A stretch of 64,000 bases of DNA from Candidatus Komeilibacteria bacterium RIFOXYD1_FULL_37_29. GTDB taxonomy: Bacteria; Patescibacteriota; Patescibacteriia; UBA1558; GWA2-36-10. The position numbers and the translations under genes are program-made. Location: positions 323,890 through 387,889 of the forward strand of contig MHKS01000005.1 of assembly GCA_001818495.1 (NCBI GenBank). The letters are read 5' to 3'. Shown in pieces: positions 9,487 to 19,375 of this stretch. Below the pieces are notes generated by a model. It worked only from the letters and a program-made list of their open reading frames with translations. It was not told the DNA's origin and made no database searches. Positions within the stretch are counted from its first letter, which is position 1, and every line of letters begins with the position of its first letter.

Positions 9487-10101
9487 ATGATTATAGAGCT
9501 CTATGGTTTGTCGGGTAGCGGTAAATCAACACTAGCTAGGCGTTTGGTAGAAATTGACAGTGCAAAATTTGTGCTGGCGGATTTTTCCAATAAATTGGAA
9601 AGATATTTTTATTTGTTACTTTACCTAATAAATAATCCGGTCACTTTTACTAATTGGTTATTATTTTTATGGCAAAATAGAAAATTATTTAGCTATAAGT
9701 TGCATTTGCTATTTTTATCTATGGCCAAGCTACAGAAAGCTGTTTTGATAAAAGATAAAAAAGTTTTGTTAGATGAAGGATTATTACAGCGGGTTTTAAC
9801 TATTGCTGATAGTGAGATTGATAATCGGCTTTTGGATAAATTATTAAAACATCTGAATAAATTGGGACATTTGATTATCATGGAAGGCGGAGATTGGCAG
9901 CGTTTTGTAAAATATAGTAATAAAGAAAATAGCCCCCGAGTAAAAATGGGGCAGGAGTATTTGGAGTCTTGGCAGAATTTACAAAGCAAAAATAATGATA
10001 TTATAAAAAAATATCTGGCCCAAAAGCAGTCATTGAAAAAATATATTTATAATAAAGAAAACATAACGGCAGAAAAAGTGACCCTTGACTTGATTGATTG
10101 A
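9487..10101 (+). CDS. Small P-loop NTPase/kinase-like protein (Walker A GLSGSGKSTLA, identical to the adenylylsulfate-kinase P-loop; remainder unrecognised)
   Basis: Walker A at residues 7-17; no APS-kinase DGDN motif seen, so specific function unknown. Confidence 0.4.
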   Translation: MIIELYGLSGSGKSTLARRLVEIDSAKFVLADFSNKLERYFYLLLYLINNPVTFTNWLLFLWQNRKLFSYKLHLLFLSMAKLQKAVLIKDKKVLLDEGLLQRVLTIADSEIDNRLLDKLLKHLNKLGHLIIMEGGDWQRFVKYSNKENSPRVKMGQEYLESWQNLQSKNNDIIKKYLAQKQSLKKYIYNKENITAEKVTLDLID

Positions 10102-10126
10102 CTTATTTTTTGAAATAAAAAAATTA

Positions 10127-10165
10127 ACTCTCCACCAAACGGTTGTTCAGTGGAGAGTCTTTTTT
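10127..10165 (+). terminator. Intrinsic terminator (ACTCTCCAC-N14-GTGGAGAGT, then TTTTTT)
   Basis: 9-bp stem followed by a U-tract immediately after the stop of 9487..10101. The stem sequence is related to the terminator at 2344..2373. Confidence 0.65.
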
Positions 10166-10177
10166 GTAAGGAGCTTT

Positions 10178-10732
10178 TCATAGATGGTTCTGCAAATCGT
10201 GTAGAAAGTCATTCGCATAGGCTTCTTTGAGAGCATAGAGCTCTTGAGCTTCTGGTAGCAAACAATGGAATTTTCCTAGTACCTGTTCTTGTAGGTACTG
10301 AAGAGATTCTTCCAAGGTTTTACCAATAGCAACACCAGTGCAGAGCGTCTTTACGATGAGGAAGGTTTTACCGCCCTCTAATAGATGTGCATCATGGGCA
10401 ATTTTGCCTTCGATGCTGACAATGGTCTCAGCCGAGGTATTCTTTTCAGAATCCCAAGCTATTCTTATGACCAGATCAATGTTCCGCTTAGACATACCCT
10501 TAGACTGAAGAAAACTTATAATTGACTTTTCGCCGTTTTCCAAATGGATGACCCCATGGAAATATAGTGATAAGTTTATAAGCTTAAGATTAGCTTCCGG
10601 ATAGTTAGCGGCTAGTTCAAGCACTATCTTTTGGACGCGCTTAATGTGACCAAGGTCGTGCATGACATCCTTTATTATGTAATAGGGTCTCACGAAATTA
10701 ATCACAGCTCTTTCGGATGGAAATCTAGCCAC
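10178..10732 (-). CDS. HD-domain phosphohydrolase
   Basis: H...HD...D pattern (MHDLGHIKRVQKIV ... AHDAHLLEGG) typical of HD superfamily metal-dependent phosphohydrolases. It is the only minus-strand gene in this part of the locus. Confidence 0.55.
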   Translation of the reverse strand: MARFPSERAVINFVRPYYIIKDVMHDLGHIKRVQKIVLELAANYPEANLKLINLSLYFHGVIHLENGEKSIISFLQSKGMSKRNIDLVIRIAWDSEKNTSAETIVSIEGKIAHDAHLLEGGKTFLIVKTLCTGVAIGKTLEESLQYLQEQVLGKFHCLLPEAQELYALKEAYANDFLHDLQNHL

Positions 10733-10877
10733 GATTTAACCTTTCTCTGTTTTTAATACTCTAACTTATTTAGGGTATTATATTATAATAACATATTTTA
10801 GTGTTTTTGTCAATATTATTATATCATAATGTATTTGATTTTTGGCTTATGAAATGGTATAGTTTTTTCAGTAATTT

Positions 10878-12116
10878 ATGGAAATTTTACATAATATTAA
10901 GGTAATTGTTCATAGTATATTGGCCTGGTTGGTTTACGGCCTTTCTTTTGTTTTTCCGCGTGATAAAAAGCTCTGGGTGGTGATGGGTTGGCGGATGAGT
11001 AAGCACAGGGAACTATTTGGTGACAATGCTAAGTATTTTTTTCTTTATGTTGCTAATAATTTGCCCAAAGATATTAAAGTAGTTTGGATTGGTCGTGATA
11101 ATGATATTTGCCAAATTCTCAGACAACGCGGTTATCAAGCTTACAATCTTTTCAGTCTAGCTGGCGTTTGGACGTCTTTAAGAGCTGGGTATACTATCGT
11201 TGATGCTAATATTCGTTTGGAAAATTGGCAGTATAGTGGCGGTTCTAGATTGATCCAACTATGGCATGGTAAATCTTTGAAAAAAATGGGGCACAACAGT
11301 CCTTATGCCATGGGGCGGTATAAAAAATTTAGTTCACCAAATTTGTTTAGAAAATTTTATCTTTTAACGGCCGCTTCCAAATTTTTGGGGGATTTCAATG
11401 TTTCTGGATTTAGAATTAATCCTGATGATCTGGTAGTGACTGGATTGCCGCGTTATGATGTGTTGTTTGAATCAGTCAAAGATTCGGATATTGATATTGA
11501 TTTAGGATTAAAAGACAAGCTGGAGCGGTTAAAAAAAGAATATAAGAAAATTGTTTTTTATGCGCCGACTTTTCGTCCGGATGGCAGTAATCCTTTGGTG
11601 GGAGTTGATTTAAATTCTTTAAATAGTGTTTTAGCCGAGGCAAATTATTATTGTTTAATCTCCCTTCATCCAAAATTTGCTAACAAAGATTGGCAGCCCA
11701 AGGAAAAATTTAGCCACCTTGATTTTGTGGAAACTGGATTTGATTTGTATCCTTTGATGAATAAATTTGATTTGTTGATCACTGATTATTCATCGCTAGC
11801 TTTGGATTTTCTATTGGTCAAGGTACCAGCCATTTTATATATTTATGATTTAGAATCTTTTGAAAAGGGCATGGGTATTCATCAGGAAATAGCCGATGCT
11901 CTACCTGGTCCCCGAGTAGAAAATTTTGACAGGCTATTAGAAGTTTTAAAAGGCGATACCTACAACTGGAGCGAGCAGCATGATCAAGCCAGAAATACAT
12001 TTTTTACTTATCAAGATAATAAATCTGCTCAAAGAATAACCAATATCTTGTTGGAAGTGCTCGCTACGCCTGGTCAAACTATAGCCGAAGCCAGAAAATA
12101 TTTGGAGAATAAATAA
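10878..12116 (+). CDS. CDP-glycerol/polyol-phosphate glycerophosphotransferase, TagB/TagF family
   Basis: Family-typical motifs LIQLWHGKSLKKMG, VFYAPTFRPDG and LITDYSSLALDFLL. Confidence 0.7.
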   Translation: MEILHNIKVIVHSILAWLVYGLSFVFPRDKKLWVVMGWRMSKHRELFGDNAKYFFLYVANNLPKDIKVVWIGRDNDICQILRQRGYQAYNLFSLAGVWTSLRAGYTIVDANIRLENWQYSGGSRLIQLWHGKSLKKMGHNSPYAMGRYKKFSSPNLFRKFYLLTAASKFLGDFNVSGFRINPDDLVVTGLPRYDVLFESVKDSDIDIDLGLKDKLERLKKEYKKIVFYAPTFRPDGSNPLVGVDLNSLNSVLAEANYYCLISLHPKFANKDWQPKEKFSHLDFVETGFDLYPLMNKFDLLITDYSSLALDFLLVKVPAILYIYDLESFEKGMGIHQEIADALPGPRVENFDRLLEVLKGDTYNWSEQHDQARNTFFTYQDNKSAQRITNILLEVLATPGQTIAEARKYLENK

Positions 12117-12124
12117 TTAAGTCT

Positions 12125-13126
12125 ATGAAGAAAATAAAAATATTAATTACCGATCCAATAGATACTACTGGCGTTAAAATGTTGGAAGATAATGGATACA
12201 CAATAACTCAAAAATCTGATTTAAACAAAGAGGAGTTATTAAAAATAGCCGGAGATTATGAGGCTATTATTTGTCGTAGCTCTACGCCGATTGACCGGGA
12301 GGTTATGGAGTCAGCCAAAAAATTAAAGTGTATTGCTATTACTTCTACTGGCTGGGATACCATAGATATAAAAACCGCTGATCGTTTGAAGATAGCAGTG
12401 TTTGGTCAGCCGGCTAATTCTAAAGGTGGAGATATCAGTCGAGAAGGTAGTTTTACTCCGACAGCCGAACATACTATTTTGTTTATGTTGGCTTTGGCGG
12501 GAGATTTTTATAATACAGCCAGGGTTATGAAAGAAGGCCGCTGGGAAAAGTTTGGTTTTGCCGGTACGGAATTATTGGATAAAACATTGGGGATTATTGG
12601 TTTTGGTCGTATCGGTCAGTTGGTCTCTCAGCGGGCTCAGGCCTTTGGTATGAAAATAATAGCTTATGATCGGGACGGTAATGATAAGAGTAAAAATTTA
12701 CAGCTGACTTTTCCAGTGGCGTTTGTTGATCTTAAGACACTTTGCCGTCAGGCGGATTTTATAACTATTCATTTGCCTAAGACAGCGGAGACTATTGATA
12801 TGATAGGTGATCGGCAATTAGAGCTAATGAAAAAAGAGGTCATTATTATTAATGCCGCTCGAGGTGGAATTATCAATGAAGAGGCTTTAATCAAAGCCTT
12901 GAAGAATAATAAAATTCGAGCAGCCGGGTTAGATGTTTTTGTCAGTGAAGGCCATGATTTAAATATGGATCTTATATCTTTACCCAATGTGATAGCCACT
13001 CCGCATATTGCCGGAGTCAGTAGCGAAGGTCAAAGAAGAAGATCAGTAGCGACCGCTCAAAATATTATCTCTTTTTTTGAAAAGGGAGACCTAAATAATT
13101 TAGTTAATAATTATAAAAATAGTTAA
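12125..13126 (+). CDS. D-isomer-specific 2-hydroxyacid dehydrogenase (SerA/GyaR/hydroxypyruvate-reductase-like)
   Basis: NAD-binding GIIGFGRIGQLVSQRA; catalytic R/E/H region ...INAARGG... and ...ATPHIAG. Confidence 0.75.
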   Translation: MKKIKILITDPIDTTGVKMLEDNGYTITQKSDLNKEELLKIAGDYEAIICRSSTPIDREVMESAKKLKCIAITSTGWDTIDIKTADRLKIAVFGQPANSKGGDISREGSFTPTAEHTILFMLALAGDFYNTARVMKEGRWEKFGFAGTELLDKTLGIIGFGRIGQLVSQRAQAFGMKIIAYDRDGNDKSKNLQLTFPVAFVDLKTLCRQADFITIHLPKTAETIDMIGDRQLELMKKEVIIINAARGGIINEEALIKALKNNKIRAAGLDVFVSEGHDLNMDLISLPNVIATPHIAGVSSEGQRRRSVATAQNIISFFEKGDLNNLVNNYKNS

Positions 13127-13127
13127 G

Positions 13128-13850
13128 ATGAAAGCAGTCATCATCGCCGGCGGTCAGGGAAAAAGACTCTTACCTTATACTAAAGATATTCCCAAATGTT
13201 TGGTAAAGGTTAATGATAAAGCAATTTTAGATTACCAATTGGAAGCTTTGGATTTTTGTAATATTAAAGATATAGCGATAGTCACCGGTTTTGGCGATAA
13301 ATTTGTCAGGGAGCATTTGAAAGCCAAGGGAATAAAAATTACTGTTATTGAAAATAAAAATTATCAAAATACTAATAATGCTTATGGCATTTGGTTGGCT
13401 CGTGATTATGCGTTAGATAGCCCAGATGGATTTTTATTGATAAATTCTGATTTGATTTTCCCTCCAACAATGTTGAAATTTTTAATAGAGCATTCGGAAA
13501 AAGACGCTATTATTATAGAGCCAACAACTGAGCAGAGTAGTGATATGGTCAAGGTAAAAATGGAAGGAGATAATATAGTGGCCATGAGCAAAGAAATTCC
13601 TCCTCAAGAAACAGCGGCTGAAGCAGTCGGTCCGGTAAAATTTTCTCATGATGGTGGTCAAGCTTTTATGGATTTTATTGGTAGTTTTATTGCTAAGGGA
13701 GAGTTAAATCATTGGTTTTTTTATATGTTAGGCGATTTTGCCAGACAAAGGTGGCTAGCCGGCATAAAAAATCCTGGGTTTGTCTGGACAGAAATTGATA
13801 CACCAGAAGATTTAAAGCAGGCCGAACAGATAGTTAAAAGGCTTAAGTAG
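13128..13850 (+). CDS. LicC-family sugar/head-group phosphate cytidylyltransferase (NTP_transferase fold)
   Basis: MKAVIIAGGQGKRL...PK.LV N-terminus; strong collinear resemblance to pneumococcal LicC, including the ...NYQNTNNAYGIWLARD... block. Confidence 0.6.
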   Translation: MKAVIIAGGQGKRLLPYTKDIPKCLVKVNDKAILDYQLEALDFCNIKDIAIVTGFGDKFVREHLKAKGIKITVIENKNYQNTNNAYGIWLARDYALDSPDGFLLINSDLIFPPTMLKFLIEHSEKDAIIIEPTTEQSSDMVKVKMEGDNIVAMSKEIPPQETAAEAVGPVKFSHDGGQAFMDFIGSFIAKGELNHWFFYMLGDFARQRWLAGIKNPGFVWTEIDTPEDLKQAEQIVKRLK

Positions 13851-13855
13851 CAAGT

Positions 13856-15034
13856 ATGGGTAAAGATCTAATCAGAGAATTGGACAATTTACTGGGTTCA
13901 CAGTTGGAGCCAGTCTTTAAAAGACTGCCAGATTATCAGCCGGCGGTTTTAAATTTTTTACAGAAAAATAAAGAATTATTTGATCAGAAAATAAAACAAC
14001 TAAAAAACGAATATGGTGAAGGCGACTACAAATTATTGCTGGATAAAAAGCTATTAGTGATTGAAGATAAATTGGCCAGTTATTTCAAGGGTCAATCTAT
14101 TTATAATTTGGAAGAGCAACAAGAGATATTAAATTTTATCTTTAGTCGTTGTCCGAAAAATTTAAAATGTGGCTATTTTCTAAAAGAAGAAACTGCCAGA
14201 GATATTTTGACAAAAAATCGGCCATCGACGCTATTAGATTTTTATAAGTGTCAGACCACTCAAGAACTTTTTAAAAAAATATCAGCAATAGAAATTATAA
14301 CAATTTCTCGCTATACAGAATTTCCAATTTGGCAGGAAAATTATAAAAAAATTCTATCAGTTTTAGATAAAAATGACTTTGAAAAAAGAGCCATAGCCTA
14401 TTCATTTTTAGATTATCATAAATATAAAAGTATTTTACGAAATTCTAATCAGCCTGATAAGCCCTGGCGTCTTAGTCACAACAAAGTGACGGGGGCTATT
14501 ATATGTTTTAGTATCAACGATCGGGAAGAATTTAAGACGCCTTTTTTGGAATACTTGGCAGTTTTTATACATTATTATTTTGAAACAGCCTATGCGGGGC
14601 AGTATTATCAGGCCATAGCCTATCACCAAGCAAATCTCGGTCAGGCAGTGTTAGATTCTTTTACTAATCATAATCGTAAATTTGATTTTTTTGGGCCCAA
14701 TGTTTATTCAGAAACGGTTTATTGGCAAGAGGCTATAAATTTGTTGAATCAAGAATTTGATATTCCGGAATTAAAATTTTTTAAGGATACTGTTTATTGC
14801 GGGGCTTTTTCCGGCGTAGAGTTAATTTCTTTGAATTTAGTTGATAAAATTTGGGATGCTAATTTTTCTGGACGACCATTTTTATATCATTTTCAAGAAG
14901 CGGCTTGGAAGGAAATATTTCAAAAAATTGTTAAAATGTCTGATAGAGAGTTTGATCGGGAAATAATGAAAAATCTTAATATGAGGGATTTGGATTTTAC
15001 AGATTATGTAATCAAAAAAAGTTTTAATAAATAA
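13856..15034 (+). CDS. Hypothetical protein (392 aa) embedded in the head-group biosynthesis cassette
   Basis: Uninterrupted ORF with operon packing; no family recognised by eye. Confidence 0.4.
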   Translation: MGKDLIRELDNLLGSQLEPVFKRLPDYQPAVLNFLQKNKELFDQKIKQLKNEYGEGDYKLLLDKKLLVIEDKLASYFKGQSIYNLEEQQEILNFIFSRCPKNLKCGYFLKEETARDILTKNRPSTLLDFYKCQTTQELFKKISAIEIITISRYTEFPIWQENYKKILSVLDKNDFEKRAIAYSFLDYHKYKSILRNSNQPDKPWRLSHNKVTGAIICFSINDREEFKTPFLEYLAVFIHYYFETAYAGQYYQAIAYHQANLGQAVLDSFTNHNRKFDFFGPNVYSETVYWQEAINLLNQEFDIPELKFFKDTVYCGAFSGVELISLNLVDKIWDANFSGRPFLYHFQEAAWKEIFQKIVKMSDREFDREIMKNLNMRDLDFTDYVIKKSFNK

Positions 15035-15036
15035 GC

Positions 15037-17133
15037 ATGCCCAAACCAATTATCATGACCAGCGATTTGTCTATGTTGCCTCCGGCAGTAGCTTTGACCG
15101 TGGCTTCTCAATATGGGCACCATCGGTTTCCTTGGTTTGAAGAAATTTTAAAATATATTAGTGATTATTTTACTAAAGTTTTTGGTAATCAGTATCAGGT
15201 TTTGATATTAACCACTAATTTATCAGGAGCGCGGCAGGCTTTAGATTTTAAAAATTTTAAGGTGCTAGACATCTCTAATTCTTTGGGAGCTGATTACAGC
15301 AGTTTTAAAGACGACGCTATTGATGCCTATCTAATAGCTCCGGAAAGGGTTTTGATGGGGATACCGGGGGCTATCATTGTAGTTTTTAAAAAATCATCAG
15401 TCGCTAAACTAGAAGGTATTTTGGAAAAGCTCACTATCAAGCCATATTCTTTAGATATTTTAAAAGCTTATAATGTTTGGGAGAAGAAACAAAGTACGCC
15501 TTTCTCTCCCAGTATTAGTTCGGTAGTAGGACTGGTGGCAGCCTTAAATTTTATCGAAGCACATGGCGGTTTGTCGGAGCATGTCAAAAGACATCAAGAG
15601 TGGGCGGCTTTTATTCGTAATTATTTGAAAGCTAGCGGCTTAACAGTTATTGATGATAAATCTTTTAGTAATTCTTTTACTGTTTGCCGACTGCCGGTTG
15701 GTATCAAAGCACCGGAGGTAGTGGAAAAATTGGCTAAAGAAAATATTTTTATAGAATTGGGTGACGATCCTAGTAGTATCAAGATTGGCCACTTGGGTTA
15801 TATTACCCAGCAATCCCTGGAAAAATTTATTAAGGAATTTGATAAATTATTCGGTCAGCACAGCGATTTATCATTTGAGGATATCAAAAAATATACTTTC
15901 GATTCGGACGAGAAAGCTTCAGCGTTGGTTTTGAATGCTCTAGATGAAAAATTATTAACACCCGGTCCGACTTTTTTTAATCGGGATGTTTTTAATGTTT
16001 TAGATCAATATACTTATTATAACTCTAAGCAGTTTAGAAAAGATTTTTTCAGCTTGAGTGACAGATTGAGTAATTGGTTAGGAGCTCATAACCAGACACT
16101 CATTTTATCAGCTCCCAGTACTGGGTTTATGGAAGCAGCTATTGTTAGTTTGACAGAGCAAAGTGCTATCGGGTTGGTAGTTTCTCACGGTAAATTTGGT
16201 GATCGTTGGATGGAAATTTGCCAAGCAAAAAATAGAGATTATGTCAGTCTCACTGTAGCCGAAGAAGAATGGGGTAAAGCTTTTTCTCCACTAGAGATAG
16301 AAAATTTTTTAATTAGCCAATCCAAGAAAATTGATTTTATTTGTTTTCAACAAAATGAGACTAGTAGTGGAGTAGCTTATAACCAGCCACAGCTGATAGA
16401 AATTACTAAGGTTGCCAGAAAATATAATCCTGAAATTATAATAATTATGGATTTTGTCAGTGGGTCTTTCGCTCATGATATAAATTTTGACCAAATAGAT
16501 ATTGATGCGGCGGTTATTGGATCACAAAAGGGATTGGGGATATCTTCGGGAATTTCTTTTATGATGGTTAGTGATCGGGTAATCAGTAAATTGTTAAAAT
16601 TAGCGCAGTATCCAAATAATTGGTCAGAATTTTTACAGGAAAAATCCGTTGATAAATATATGGATATTTTTGAAAATAAACAGCAGGCCGGATATTTGAA
16701 TATTTTAAAAATACTTTTTGGGGCAGTTAAAAAGCAAATGATTGATATGCCAAATATTTTTCATGTTTATTCGGCTTTAAAATCTTTGGATTTGATAGAT
16801 AAAATGGGTGGCCAGAAGGTTTTTCTAAAACACCATGAAAATTTAGCTAAACTCACCAGAAAGCATATTAAAGAATTAGGTCTTCAGATATTGGGCGATA
16901 AAGAATATTTATCCAATTCAGTTACTTTAGTCTTGTTTCCTAATAATATTGATGCCAGTCAAATAAAAAAAGCCCTAAAGGATAAATACAGCTTAGCGGT
17001 AGCTGGAGCTCAAGGGGATTATTGGAAATCAAAATTTATTAGGATAGGGCACATGGGTTATCTCAGTAGCCAAGATATAGATAGTTTATTTAAAGCTATT
17101 AAGATTATATTGGAGGGTTATAAAAAAATGTAG
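15037..17133 (+). CDS. Tandem class-V (AGXT/SerC-like) aminotransferase fusion: N-terminal pseudo-domain with the PLP lysine replaced (PERVLMGIPG) and a C-terminal intact domain (SQKGLGISSG)
   Basis: Both halves end with the family motif (K/R)IGH(L/M)GY. The second half starts with LLTPGPT, typical of class-V aminotransferase N-termini. Aligning the two PLP-lysine regions shows a K to R substitution in the first half. Confidence 0.55.
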   Translation: MPKPIIMTSDLSMLPPAVALTVASQYGHHRFPWFEEILKYISDYFTKVFGNQYQVLILTTNLSGARQALDFKNFKVLDISNSLGADYSSFKDDAIDAYLIAPERVLMGIPGAIIVVFKKSSVAKLEGILEKLTIKPYSLDILKAYNVWEKKQSTPFSPSISSVVGLVAALNFIEAHGGLSEHVKRHQEWAAFIRNYLKASGLTVIDDKSFSNSFTVCRLPVGIKAPEVVEKLAKENIFIELGDDPSSIKIGHLGYITQQSLEKFIKEFDKLFGQHSDLSFEDIKKYTFDSDEKASALVLNALDEKLLTPGPTFFNRDVFNVLDQYTYYNSKQFRKDFFSLSDRLSNWLGAHNQTLILSAPSTGFMEAAIVSLTEQSAIGLVVSHGKFGDRWMEICQAKNRDYVSLTVAEEEWGKAFSPLEIENFLISQSKKIDFICFQQNETSSGVAYNQPQLIEITKVARKYNPEIIIIMDFVSGSFAHDINFDQIDIDAAVIGSQKGLGISSGISFMMVSDRVISKLLKLAQYPNNWSEFLQEKSVDKYMDIFENKQQAGYLNILKILFGAVKKQMIDMPNIFHVYSALKSLDLIDKMGGQKVFLKHHENLAKLTRKHIKELGLQILGDKEYLSNSVTLVLFPNNIDASQIKKALKDKYSLAVAGAQGDYWKSKFIRIGHMGYLSSQDIDSLFKAIKIILEGYKKM

Positions 17134-17139
17134 CTACTG

Positions 17140-18399
17140 CTACATTTTTTTATTGACTGCTTTTTTCCAAAGGCAAGTCCTTAATATTATAGATATCAAC
17201 ATGCTGAGCAATTTTGCTATGATGATACCGAAGATACCATAGTAATAACCCAAACAGAACATTAGTACAATGAGTGAGATATTTTGTACCCAGGTGTTTT
17301 TTTGAATAATATCTATCATCTTTTGAGAACGCAAGAGAGAAGCCATAACAGATGAAATAGATTGTAGCAATATCATTATAGAAAATAGTATAGAAAAAGG
17401 CATGGATGATATATACTGCGGAACAAAATATTTAAAAAAGAAGGGGGCGAGTATTATATAAATCGCCATTAGGACTGAGCCCAAAATTGCAGTCATAATC
17501 AGTTTATGGCTTAGACTTTTGTCTAGTTCTTGGGCAGATCTTTGAGATAATTTGGGCAAAGTCAAAGGGACTATATTTTTGACTATTTGTTTTACTTGAT
17601 CAACTGGAGTAATGGCCATAAAATATATAGCCAACTGAACTGGTCCTAGGTATAAGTAGACTAGCAATTTGTCCGCTTGAGCACTAAGAGTATTGACTGA
17701 CTCGGCTATAGTCAGTGCTAGGCCGTATTTTTTTATTGGTTGATTTTTTACATTATCATCAGGAATTTCTTTGGCCGTTAGATATGATACTAAGTAGCGG
17801 GACATCAGAAGACCAACAAAATATATTAGAGTGATAATAAATATATTTTTTGTAACAAAGATAACGCCTAAGATAATTAAAGAATGAAGTATTTTTACTA
17901 TCGAATTTTTCCCAGTAATTTTTTTAAAGAGCTGTCGTCCGTTTAGGGTAGCAGAGTACAAAGTAAAGGCTTCAGCTAATGGTAGAAACATCGCCACAGC
18001 TATAAAAGCCAGAGAAAAATATAAACGGTCGTTTAAAAAATAATATAAGGCTATGCCTAAACTGATTAAGGAGGCGATTAGGCCGTATTTTATTTTATAG
18101 AGCGTTAAGTCTTTGACACTTATTTTTTCCCCTTTAGCTATAGATTGAGTAACGGCTGTATTTATTCCCGGTAGGGTAAAAATACCTATTAAAGCCGCGA
18201 CTGATAATATATATTTGTAGTCGCCATAAGTTTCTTTGGGTAGTAAATTTGCAAAAATTATAGCCAAGACAAAAGATGCGGTGGCTGATATGCCCTGTCC
18301 AACGCTTAACCAAAAACCACCCTTAGCTAGATAGACCATATCTGTTCGGGTGTATTTTTCGCTTCGGCGGAGTAGTTTATATACAAAATCTTTAAGCAT
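17140..18399 (-). CDS. Wzx-type oligosaccharide flippase (MOP/polysaccharide biosynthesis protein family)
   Basis: ~12 TM helices and a length and hydropathy pattern typical of Wzx; glycan-locus context. Confidence 0.6.
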   Translation of the reverse strand: MLKDFVYKLLRRSEKYTRTDMVYLAKGGFWLSVGQGISATASFVLAIIFANLLPKETYGDYKYILSVAALIGIFTLPGINTAVTQSIAKGEKISVKDLTLYKIKYGLIASLISLGIALYYFLNDRLYFSLAFIAVAMFLPLAEAFTLYSATLNGRQLFKKITGKNSIVKILHSLIILGVIFVTKNIFIITLIYFVGLLMSRYLVSYLTAKEIPDDNVKNQPIKKYGLALTIAESVNTLSAQADKLLVYLYLGPVQLAIYFMAITPVDQVKQIVKNIVPLTLPKLSQRSAQELDKSLSHKLIMTAILGSVLMAIYIILAPFFFKYFVPQYISSMPFSILFSIMILLQSISSVMASLLRSQKMIDIIQKNTWVQNISLIVLMFCLGYYYGIFGIIIAKLLSMLISIILRTCLWKKAVNKKM

Positions 18400-19375
18400 T
18401 TTTTTTGTAATACTCTTTGTACCAGTCTGTAAATTTTTTAATCCCTTCTTCTATGGGAGTCTTGGGCGTGAAGCCCAATTTTTTTTGGGAGTTTTTTATA
18501 TCAGCCGCAGTAGATAATATATCTCCCGGTTGCATCGGTAGTAGTTTCTTTTTGGCTTTTTGGCCGATATTTTTTTCTAGCAGAGCTATAAAATATTGCA
18601 AATTAATTGGTCGGTTATTGCCCAGATTAAATATTTCGTAGGGGTAAGAATGGTGGAGGGCTGATAAGACACCGTCGACTATGTCGTCTATGTAAGTAAA
18701 ATCCCTTTTCATTTTTCCATAGTTGAACACTTTTATAACTTGGTTTTGGGATATAGCTTTACTAAAAATTATCGGTGACATGTCTGGGCGGCTATAGGGT
18801 CCATAGACCGTGAAAAATCTAAGTCCTGTGCAGTTTATTCCAAAAAGATGATGATAAGCGTGAGCTATTAGTTCATTAGATTTTTTGGTAGCCGCATAAA
18901 GAGATATCGGCCTATCAACATTGTCTTCTACGGAGAATGGTGTTTTTTTATTTTTGCCATAAACTGAGCTAGAAGAAGCATAAATAAAATCTTTGATCTT
19001 ATGTTTTCGGACTTCTTCTATTAAATGGGAAAAGGCTATTAGATTTGATTGTATATAAGCTTGAGGATTAATTAGACTATATCTGACTCCTGGCTGAGCA
19101 GCCAAATGGCAGACTTTATCTATTTTTTCTGAATTTAAAACTTTTTTTATAAAATTTAGATTGGCCAAATCTCCTTTGCAGAATTTGTAGTTTTTATATT
19201 TTTTTAAAATATTGTTGCGATCTTTTTTAAGGTTGACATCGTAATAATTATTAAGGTTATCGATGCCGATGACTCTTACTCCCATTTCCAATAATTTTTT
19301 GGCTACATGAAAGCCGATAAAGCCGGCTGAGCCGGTAACCAATATGCTCGTGCCTTTTTTAAATTTTATATTCAT
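18392..19375 (-). CDS. NAD-dependent nucleotide-sugar epimerase/dehydratase (UDP-glucuronate 4-epimerase-like SDR)
   Basis: Rossmann motif ILVTGSAGFIGFHV; catalytic YAATKKSNE (YxxxK). Confidence 0.8.
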   Translation of the reverse strand: MNIKFKKGTSILVTGSAGFIGFHVAKKLLEMGVRVIGIDNLNNYYDVNLKKDRNNILKKYKNYKFCKGDLANLNFIKKVLNSEKIDKVCHLAAQPGVRYSLINPQAYIQSNLIAFSHLIEEVRKHKIKDFIYASSSSVYGKNKKTPFSVEDNVDRPISLYAATKKSNELIAHAYHHLFGINCTGLRFFTVYGPYSRPDMSPIIFSKAISQNQVIKVFNYGKMKRDFTYIDDIVDGVLSALHHSYPYEIFNLGNNRPINLQYFIALLEKNIGQKAKKKLLPMQPGDILSTAADIKNSQKKLGFTPKTPIEEGIKKFTDWYKEYYKKNA

